Assembly: GCA_049972095.1 (NCBI GenBank)
Contig: JBMFKQ010000019.1
Span: 1 to 30,928, forward strand
Source: Elusimicrobiales bacterium
Lineage (GTDB): Bacteria; Elusimicrobiota; Elusimicrobia; Elusimicrobiales; UBA9959
Direction: 5' to 3'
DNA: 30,928 bases
The translations under genes and the position numbers were made by a program. The notes beneath the pieces were generated by a model. That model was not told the DNA's origin, made no database searches, and was given only the letters and a program-made list of their open reading frames with translations. Shown here in pieces: positions 1-6,918 of the stretch. Position 1 is the stretch's first letter, and each line of letters begins with the position of its first letter.

Positions 1-16
1 CACTAAACCTTATCAT
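1..16 (-). CDS. possible 5' end of a gene running off the left edge (M-I-R-F-S...)
   Basis: Minus-strand ATG at 16-14 with GGAG (26-23) 6 nt upstream; only 5 codons visible. Confidence 0.25.
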
Positions 17-178
17 ACACAACTCCAGATATGTCTTAAAATCTGTTATGCTAAAAGTTTATTATGTTTATGAGATTATGCATTTAAACTACACTGCCCT
101 GTTATAATAATAATTAGAACTAACCTTCTTTTTTAGTTTTTAATAGTTTTTCTTTTTGCTTTAAATAACCCAAAATCG

Positions 179-213
179 CTTCACCTTTCACCTCTCACTT
201 CTCACATCTCACA
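179..213. repeat. degenerate 7-bp tandem repeat, 5 units (YYTCACH)
   Basis: CTTCACC TTTCACC TCTCACT TCTCACA TCTCACA read directly. Confidence 0.85.
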
Positions 214-266
214 TATTTTGGTAGTATTATATATAAAATCTTACAAATTTATAAAATAATTTTAAG

Positions 267-1334
267 ATGACAGAAGTATATAAACTCAAGATAGCATTAA
301 CATCTTCCTGCACCCTAAGATGTAACCACTGTAATATAGATAAAGATTCCGGGCTTGATATTGATTTTAATAAAGCTAAGGCAGGGGTTGATCTTTTGTT
401 CTCTTCACCAGGATATTTTAAAAGGCTTGAGTTATATGGTGGGGAACCTTTTTTAAGATTTTCACTTCTAAAAAAGATTGCTTCTTACGCAAGGAGAAAG
501 TCTATTGAAAACGACAAAAAATTTTCACTTTCAATAGCTACAAACGCCACTTTATTAAACAAAAATATTATATCGTGGATAAAAGAAAACAAAGTTAATA
601 TCTCTATCAGCTTTTCTGGTACAGAAGAAAGTCATAATTATAACAGAAGATATGCTAATGGAAAAGGAAGTTATGAGGTTGTATATAGAAATATAAAAAA
701 CCTTCTTAAGGAAGTCTCTCCAGACTATCTGGTTTGTCTTTATTGTGTAGATGGAGGGTTTGCTAAAAACATGAGAAAAGATTTTAAGGAAATAATAGAT
801 ATTGGTTTTAGAATTATAAACATAGAATGTGTTTCCGGACGAGGGTGGTGTGTAAAAGATTATAAAGAATTTGAAAAAGGGCTTTCTTTCATTTTCGAAA
901 ATATAATAAAAAGTATTGAAAACGGCAATTTTATATACTTAGAGTCTTTTACAGAAATGTTAAGAGACAAGCGCACATGGACTTTTAACTGTCCTATGTA
1001 TAGAGATCTAGAAATGTATCCTGATGGCAATTATGGTTTCTATCCATATGCTTTTATAAAATATTCATCTGTTTATAAAAAAATATCAGTTGGAAACTGG
1101 AAAAATGGGATTAATTTCCGATATAGCAATTGTTTTCCTGGGTGCAATAGTTGTAATTCATGCTGTTCAGACTACTATATATTACAAGGGCTTTCTGATG
1201 GTTCTTATGCCTATCAGATAAGAACTCATATGATAAAGCAATTTTTTTTAGAGTTACTTAGAAGAAAAAAAGAAGAAAAAATTAAAAATTATCTTTTAAA
1301 ACTACAAAAAATAATAAATATTACATATATCTGA
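267..1334 (+). CDS. radical SAM protein, anSME/SPASM-twitch-like (putative maturase)
   Basis: CTLRCNHC (CxxxCxxC), YGGEP, ATNATLL; C-terminal CPM..YPDG and Cys-rich CFPGCNSCNSCC. Confidence 0.9.
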   Translation: MTEVYKLKIALTSSCTLRCNHCNIDKDSGLDIDFNKAKAGVDLLFSSPGYFKRLELYGGEPFLRFSLLKKIASYARRKSIENDKKFSLSIATNATLLNKNIISWIKENKVNISISFSGTEESHNYNRRYANGKGSYEVVYRNIKNLLKEVSPDYLVCLYCVDGGFAKNMRKDFKEIIDIGFRIINIECVSGRGWCVKDYKEFEKGLSFIFENIIKSIENGNFIYLESFTEMLRDKRTWTFNCPMYRDLEMYPDGNYGFYPYAFIKYSSVYKKISVGNWKNGINFRYSNCFPGCNSCNSCCSDYYILQGLSDGSYAYQIRTHMIKQFFLELLRRKKEEKIKNYLLKLQKIINITYI

Positions 1335-1382
1335 AGATAAAATATTTTATTAACCATAAAATTTTTCATCCAATATTCTTCA

Positions 1383-1460
1383 ATCAAACATTCATCATTC
1401 AAAATTTAAATTTAAAATTCAATTCAAAATCATCTCACGTCTTATACCTCACTTTTCATG
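1383..1460. repeat. degenerate 7-bp tandem repeats (ATTCAAA-type, then TCTCACN-type)
   Basis: ATCAAAC ATTCATC ATTCAAA ATTTAAA ... ATTCAAA ... TCTCACG TCTTATA CCTCACT TTTCATG. Confidence 0.6.
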
Positions 1461-1622
1461 CTATTACTTAATGAGTTTATGTTATTTTTCAATTCGCGCA
1501 CTTTTTTAATCTCAATGTTTTTGATTCTATTTCAATTTAAAGGCTAAGGAAACTTTAAAATCAATAATCCAAACATCCAAATCACGTCTCATTTTACTAA
1601 TTACTAATATATCTACTTTTTG

Positions 1623-1628
1623 TATAAT
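1623..1628 (+). promoter_or_regulatory. putative sigma70 -10 box
   Basis: TATAAT 15 nt before ATG 1644; AT-rich background weakens the signal. Confidence 0.4.
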
Positions 1629-1643
1629 AACTATATAAAGTTT

Positions 1644-2501
1644 ATGAAAATAAAAATTCAAGTAGGTGTAAATAAAAAAAGTGATCTTGAATATTTCATC
1701 TCTAAGGGTGCTGATGAGCTTTACTGTGGTATAACACATGTGCCATCCCACTGCTATCGTTCAAGAACATTTGATTCAGTTGAAGATGTTATAAATGCCA
1801 AAGACAAAGCAAGAACTAAGAAAATAAAATTTTTTTTTGTAGCAAATGAAGTCGAGTCCAATAATTTTTACGAGACAGTATCAGTGATAGAATATCTTGT
1901 GAGAAACAAAATAGATGGTATCATAATAAGAGACATAGGACTTTTAAAATACCTCAAAGAAAAAAAAATAAATACATATTTTATACTCTCAAGCTTGTCA
2001 CTCTGCTTTAATATTGAAGCACTAAAATTTTATTCTTTACTTGGAATAAAAAGAATAGCCATACCTGAACAGATAACACCTGACGAAGCAAAACCGCTAA
2101 TCCAAAATCCATTTGGTATAGATACAGAGGTTTTTATAACAGCAAGGGAATACTGTAGGGTTTTAAATGGATTTTGTTATTTAACACAGTTCACTGATAA
2201 ATGTATCTGCCGACAAGAATTTCAAGCAGGCAATAGAAATTTTTTTATACCAGCCCCAAAGCCCCAGGAACACTACAAAAATCTCTATAGATTTTTAAAA
2301 TACGGTACCAGAATTATTAAAGTGGGAAGACATCCTCAAGATTTTTATGGTAAATTCATATTATCAGAGGTATTAGCATTAAAAGAAATATTAATGAAGA
2401 ATAACTTAACAGAAGATGATTTTTTAAAGAAAATAATGAAAATACATAAAAAGAATTCAAAGGTACTTGAAAAATGCGTAAAATTATACAAAGAGCAGTG
2501 A
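1644..2501 (+). CDS. peptidase U32 family Fe-S protein (UbiU/TrhP-like), copy 1
   Basis: GADELYCG signature, IDGIIIRDIG, LGIKRIAIP, TEVF then C-x6-C-x8-C-x-C, IKVGR; ATG 1644 preferred over the track's TTG 1620. Confidence 0.85.
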   Translation: MKIKIQVGVNKKSDLEYFISKGADELYCGITHVPSHCYRSRTFDSVEDVINAKDKARTKKIKFFFVANEVESNNFYETVSVIEYLVRNKIDGIIIRDIGLLKYLKEKKINTYFILSSLSLCFNIEALKFYSLLGIKRIAIPEQITPDEAKPLIQNPFGIDTEVFITAREYCRVLNGFCYLTQFTDKCICRQEFQAGNRNFFIPAPKPQEHYKNLYRFLKYGTRIIKVGRHPQDFYGKFILSEVLALKEILMKNNLTEDDFLKKIMKIHKKNSKVLEKCVKLYKEQ

Positions 2502-3154
2502 TATATCCAAATTTCAAATACCAAAGTATTGAGAAAATTAATGGCTACAACATAATATATTTAGGAAGTGAATTCTGTGCTAACATGATGCCATCATTAA
2601 GTGATATTCAAACAGCAATTGATAAAGGATATGAAAAAGTTGTTCTTTTTGTGCCATTCTTAACTCAAAGGAGATTTAAGGATTATTCAAGACTTATTGA
2701 TTTCTCTGTAAAAAAATTTAAAAAATTCATTGAAATATCAACATCTGATCTGGGAATAATAAATCTTCTAAGTCTCAAATATCCTGATCTTCCTAAAAAC
2801 ATATCAAGGCCATTATCAATTGAATTTGTCCGGATGAAAGAGGAACTTCTTAAAAAAGCTATTTTAGAGCTTAAAATAGATGCTATAGAAACTGATGAGC
2901 CACTATTTGCTGAAAAGATTAAAAAAATGAATGTAAAAGTTTATTTTCATAGTGATTTTGCATTTGTTGCAGTTCAAAGACACTGTCCTTTTGTTGGGAA
3001 AATAACATATAAATGCAACAGATTATGTAAAGGCAGAGAGATAACACTTAATGTTCCTGAAAGTAATTATAAAATATATGTAAGGAACAATGTTTATCTC
3101 AAAAAAGAAAAAAAAATACTAAAAGGTGTATACAGAATAATACACTGGCCATAA
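2474..3154 (+). CDS. UbiV-like U32 partner subunit, copy 1
   Basis: IYLGSEFC (compare UbiV YLGExVC), SDLG, RHC..CNRLC; overlaps the U32 gene by 28 nt. Confidence 0.7.
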   Translation: MRKIIQRAVIYPNFKYQSIEKINGYNIIYLGSEFCANMMPSLSDIQTAIDKGYEKVVLFVPFLTQRRFKDYSRLIDFSVKKFKKFIEISTSDLGIINLLSLKYPDLPKNISRPLSIEFVRMKEELLKKAILELKIDAIETDEPLFAEKIKKMNVKVYFHSDFAFVAVQRHCPFVGKITYKCNRLCKGREITLNVPESNYKIYVRNNVYLKKEKKILKGVYRIIHWP

Positions 3155-3156
3155 AA

Positions 3157-3264
3157 ATGCCACACAAATGTTTAAAGATGGAATGAAAGTAAGAATATGT
3201 AAAGACAGAGTGAAGCTTGCCGACTTTAAGTCGCATCCTCACTCTCTTTAAGTGGCATAGCCCC
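3157..3264. mobile_element. MITE/REP-like palindromic element (~100 bp)
   Basis: Imperfect terminal IR ATGCCACACAAA (3157-3168) / TTTAAGTGGCAT (3247-3258); internal ~50-nt hairpin 3200-3250 centred on CGACT-TTA-AGTCG. Confidence 0.4.
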
Positions 3265-3352
3265 CAAACTCAAAGGATTTTTAATTTCCTTCCTAAACTC
3301 AGAAATTCTATTTTTCTAAAACAATATAAAAAATTTTGTAGAATTTAGGTTA

Positions 3353-4060
3353 ATGAAAAAGCTATATATATGTGGATATGGTCTTACTGAGGATGATATT
3401 AGTCTAAAAACCCTAAGAATACTTGAAAAATCAGACATAATAATATCGCCCTCACTTGATAAACACAATTTTATATCAAGATACTTACTAAAACTTTCTA
3501 AAAAAACAATTGTAAATGTTCGTAACCTACCACCTGAAAAAATTATATCAAAGATCCTTAATACTTTAAACAAGTTCGATATAGTATCTCTTCTTGTTTA
3601 TGGAAACCCACTTTTTATGAATATAATAACAGAAATGTTAATTAAAAGAATAAAAAATACAGAAATAGTAACCATTCCTGCAATCTCGTCGTTTGATCTG
3701 ATGTTTCATGTAATACCCATGCTTAATATATCTTCAGAAAAAATTGTTTTACTTAATAACAGAATCATTGAAAAGGATAGCCGTGATAGAAAAATACTTG
3801 ATATGGATATATCATCACACATATTTTTATTTGGGGCAGAAGCAATGAGATCCAGAGCTAAAAAAGTATTCTTTGAGAGTTTCATAAAATACTATGGCAG
3901 AGAACATCCGCTCTACATTATACATACTGAGGACATTACCGTTCAGGAAAGAATAATAAAGAAAATAAAAATAGAAGATATATCAAAACATCTTCACAAA
4001 AATATAATGCAAACCCTTTATATACCTCCCAAAAAATCATTAACCACAGCTTTAACATAG
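3353..4060 (+). CDS. SAM-dependent methyltransferase, tetrapyrrole-methylase fold (borosin/YabN-N-like), copy 1
   Basis: LYICGYG..ISLKTLRILEKSD, LVYGNP, IPAISSFD, YYGREHPL, TLYIPP. Confidence 0.85.
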   Translation: MKKLYICGYGLTEDDISLKTLRILEKSDIIISPSLDKHNFISRYLLKLSKKTIVNVRNLPPEKIISKILNTLNKFDIVSLLVYGNPLFMNIITEMLIKRIKNTEIVTIPAISSFDLMFHVIPMLNISSEKIVLLNNRIIEKDSRDRKILDMDISSHIFLFGAEAMRSRAKKVFFESFIKYYGREHPLYIIHTEDITVQERIIKKIKIEDISKHLHKNIMQTLYIPPKKSLTTALT

Positions 4061-4803
4061 ATCTTTGAAAGCAACTGAGGTTTAATAAATAAAGTATCGT
4101 TCATTTTTTTATAAACAGAATTTTCACACAAAAAAAGATCTATATTAAATTTTTTAACATAAATTTTGTAGTCACCATAAATGCATGAGTTATCACACTC
4201 TATTCCTTTAGGGGTATCTTGTTGTGAAATATCATGAAAACCAACTGTGCAATTTCTTGATGTTGAAAGGAGAGAAAAAGGATGATGAAGAATAAACTCA
4301 AATCTTATTCCCCTATTCTTAAGAACATAAAGATTGTTATTATTTGGAAATTTGTCAAACGAGGATATCTCAAAATATTTAACACCACATTTGTTTATAA
4401 GATCAAGCGAATAAATACTATTAAATTCAAATATATTTTTCCCAAGTGAAAAAAAATATTTTGTAAAATGCCTGCCTATACTGATCTCAAAGTCTTTACC
4501 AAATATCTTTTTGATTAGAGAAAGTGTTCCAAAATCATTTAAAGAGAAAATAAAATAATCAGGCAATAGGTCTTTTTTAATACCTCTCAATAAAAAAGTC
4601 AAGTATTCAAAAGTCTTTTGTGAAAGTGGTGGAATTGAAAGTATAACCTTTTTTTTAAGCTTTATAAGTTTTTTAATATATCTGGCATAGCAAAAAACAA
4701 GATTTTCACATGTCTCACTTCCAAAATGTATAAAGTCATAATCATCAAAAAAATTTAAAAGTCTCTCAAATAAATTAACCCTTACTCTAAGTCCTTTTTT
4801 CAT
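4018..4803 (-). CDS. UbiV-like U32 partner subunit, copy 2
   Basis: IHFGSETC, NDFG, IGR, TSRNC..CDNSC; paralogous to 2474-3154; overlaps the U32 gene by 17 nt. Confidence 0.7.
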   Translation of the reverse strand: MKKGLRVRVNLFERLLNFFDDYDFIHFGSETCENLVFCYARYIKKLIKLKKKVILSIPPLSQKTFEYLTFLLRGIKKDLLPDYFIFSLNDFGTLSLIKKIFGKDFEISIGRHFTKYFFSLGKNIFEFNSIYSLDLINKCGVKYFEISSFDKFPNNNNLYVLKNRGIRFEFILHHPFSLLSTSRNCTVGFHDISQQDTPKGIECDNSCIYGDYKIYVKKFNIDLFLCENSVYKKMNDTLFIKPQLLSKIYVKAVVNDFLGGI

Positions 4804-5707
4804 ATCTTTGATATTGAGCTATAAATCTTTCCTTTGCCTCATCAGTCTTATAAAGAGATAAAAGCATTTCAATATTCCTAATCGTTTTTCTTATAGAGGA
4901 CACATTTTTTATTTTAACTGCGGTGGGGTCAGTTCTGCTGCCGTATTTTGCAAAATCAACACCATTCACAAAGTAATCAAAGAAAGAAGAAGCATTGAGT
5001 ATCCTTGGAATATTACCGTGGTTAAGTCTATCATTTATTCTATGAAGGAGTTTTTTATTCTCTTTTCCAAGCGCAATTACCTTAGCCTCAAATCCCCCAT
5101 GGCCAAACCTGCACATGCTTCCATCTCTACTTATATCCATCTTAAGATATCTATCTCCATGAAGATAACAGTAACCATTAAGATAAGGACATCCAAAATA
5201 TCTGAAGAAAAAAATCTCTGTTTTAATCTCATTTTTCTTACACCATTCAATAATAGGCTTACCTTCAAAAGCAGATAACTGATTTGGTAATATAAGCCTT
5301 TTAAATTTTTTCCCAAGCACTTTTCTTATAAATTCAGCACAAGCAGTGTTCATTACATAAACAACAGAGCTTATATGAATAGATATATCTGGAAATTCTT
5401 CTTTAATATATCTTCCAAAACCTATATCGGAAACTATAACAGATCTAACACCAGCTTTAATGGTTTTTTTAAGATTCTTTATATCACTTTCTGTATAAGG
5501 TGTTGTAAAGCTATTTACTGCAAGATGAAAATTCACATTGAGTTTATTACATATCTCAATAGCTTTTTTCAGCTGCTCAAAATTTCTAAATGAAGCTGTA
5601 TCTATATAATTGCGAAGCCAACTAACGCCAAAATAAATCTCATCAGCACCTGCTTTAATTATGTACGGTATTTCAAGAGGATCTGTAACACAGGAAAGAA
5701 TCTTCAT
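4787..5707 (-). CDS. peptidase U32 family Fe-S protein (UbiU/TrhP-like), copy 2
   Basis: GADEIYFG, LAVN, VIVSDIG, IHISS, RLILP, TEIFF..C-x6-C-x18-C, KYGSR. Confidence 0.9.
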   Translation of the reverse strand: MKILSCVTDPLEIPYIIKAGADEIYFGVSWLRNYIDTASFRNFEQLKKAIEICNKLNVNFHLAVNSFTTPYTESDIKNLKKTIKAGVRSVIVSDIGFGRYIKEEFPDISIHISSVVYVMNTACAEFIRKVLGKKFKRLILPNQLSAFEGKPIIEWCKKNEIKTEIFFFRYFGCPYLNGYCYLHGDRYLKMDISRDGSMCRFGHGGFEAKVIALGKENKKLLHRINDRLNHGNIPRILNASSFFDYFVNGVDFAKYGSRTDPTAVKIKNVSSIRKTIRNIEMLLSLYKTDEAKERFIAQYQRYEKRT

Positions 5708-5715
5708 TACTAAAT

Positions 5716-5725
5716 ATTATATAAT
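5716..5725. promoter_or_regulatory. overlapping divergent -10 boxes (palindrome ATTATATAAT)
   Basis: TATAAT on + at 5720-5725, 6 nt before ATG 5732; TATAAT on - at 5721-5716, 8 nt before ATG 5707; 24-bp spacer with no SD. Confidence 0.6.
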
Positions 5726-5731
5726 TTTTAT

Positions 5732-6457
5732 ATGAAAACGCTAATAATTGCATCAACAGGAATAGGAAAAAAGGATATAAGTGTAGAAAGTATAGAAAAA
5801 ATAAATTCAACAGAAGCTTTGCTTAATTTCTCTTCACATGGTAGCAATTTCCTATCAAAATTTGTAAAGATAAAGATAATAAATATAAATGAAAAACTAT
5901 CATATGAAGGTAATGCCTTCAAAAAAATAAACATCATATTCAAAACAATTAAAAAATTATTTCTTAGTCTTTCCAGGATATCACTGGTAGTAAGTGGAAA
6001 TCCATCTTTCTTAAATATCTTTGTTCAAGAAATAGTAAAAAGGGTAAAAAAAATGAATATCAATGTTGAAGTGATCCCTGCTGTTTCTTCAATCGATTAT
6101 GTAATAAACATAATAACAATGCATATAAATCCAGATTTAAGATCATATATAATACTCACATCACCATTTCAACTTCCCTTTCTTTATGAATATAAATTCT
6201 TAAAACATGATATCATAGTGATGAATTTTCATACTATCAATAGCTCAACAACCAAGGATAAAAAAAGAATTTTAGAATTGTTAGAATCAATACCTGAAAA
6301 AGAATGTTATCTCATAAAACACAATTTCAAGACTTCAAAAAATATAATTAAAAAAAGATTTATAAAAAATATAAAAGAAATCATAAGCCATATAGATAAT
6401 GAAACGACAATCTATATACCATTTGATAAAAAGTATAACGTTAAACGGCATAAATGA
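5732..6457 (+). CDS. SAM-dependent methyltransferase, tetrapyrrole-methylase fold (borosin/YabN-N-like), copy 2
   Basis: LIIASTGIG..ISVES, VVSGNP, VIPAVSSID, TTIYIP; paralog of 3353-4060. Confidence 0.8.
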   Translation: MKTLIIASTGIGKKDISVESIEKINSTEALLNFSSHGSNFLSKFVKIKIININEKLSYEGNAFKKINIIFKTIKKLFLSLSRISLVVSGNPSFLNIFVQEIVKRVKKMNINVEVIPAVSSIDYVINIITMHINPDLRSYIILTSPFQLPFLYEYKFLKHDIIVMNFHTINSSTTKDKKRILELLESIPEKECYLIKHNFKTSKNIIKKRFIKNIKEIISHIDNETTIYIPFDKKYNVKRHK

Positions 6458-6463
6458 TATAAT
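6455..6463 (+). promoter_or_regulatory. putative extended -10 promoter for nusB-ligA
   Basis: TGATATAAT (TGnTATAAT) ~30 nt upstream of nusB. Confidence 0.45.
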
Positions 6464-6495
6464 ATTTACTATATAGTTCTTTCAAAGAGAAAGCT

Positions 6496-6918
6496 ATGCG
6501 CATAAGCAAAAGGACAAGAGCAAGGATAAGCTGCTTTGTATCTCTCTATCTCTATGATGTGGGGAAAATCCCTCCTAAAGAAATTCTCTCAACATTTATA
6601 AACAATCAGCAAAACATCGGAGTTCTTGCCCAGCCACAGATAAGAAAGTTTTATGAAGAGCTTTTTTTAACAACAGTGAAAAATATTGATGAAATAGACA
6701 GGATTATACAAACTGCCACAGAAAAGCCAATATATCCAGTTGATAAAGCAATAATAAGAATGGCAACTGCAGAGATGCTCTATATGAAAAACGAGGTTGC
6801 AGTTGTTATAAATGAGGCAATAGAAATTTCAAAGATGTATTCTCCAAATGAAGAGAAAGGTCCTGATTTTATAAACGGGGTCTTAGATACCATAGCAAAA
6901 TCTTATCAGCTCAAATGA
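6496..6918 (+). CDS. nusB: transcription antitermination factor NusB
   Basis: Arg-rich N-terminus RTRAR, VDKAIIRMA..E, VVINEAIEISK, FINGVLD. Confidence 0.95.
   Translation: MRISKRTRARISCFVSLYLYDVGKIPPKEILSTFINNQQNIGVLAQPQIRKFYEELFLTTVKNIDEIDRIIQTATEKPIYPVDKAIIRMATAEMLYMKNEVAVVINEAIEISKMYSPNEEKGPDFINGVLDTIAKSYQLK

Noticed and set aside
1620..1643. TTG start at 1620 for U32 copy 1
   Set aside because: It overlaps a TATAAT box, and ATG 1644 aligns with the paralog's N-terminus (MKI..)
1821..3120. Poly-A/T runs of 8-9 nt as phase-variation tracts
   Set aside because: Expected in Lys/Phe-rich AT-rich genes; all frames are intact
1644..5707. U32 proteins as collagenase-type proteases
   Set aside because: The family name is historical; Cys motifs and paired UbiV-like partners point to Fe-S chemistry
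1644..5707. Ubiquinone pathway genes ubiU/ubiV
   Set aside because: No ubiT or other ubi genes, altered Cys spacing and two divergent copies; only a family-level resemblance is supported
3353..6457. Cobalamin/siroheme precorrin methyltransferases
   Set aside because: GNP rather than GDP motif, TLYIP tail, and no cob/cbi/hem genes nearby
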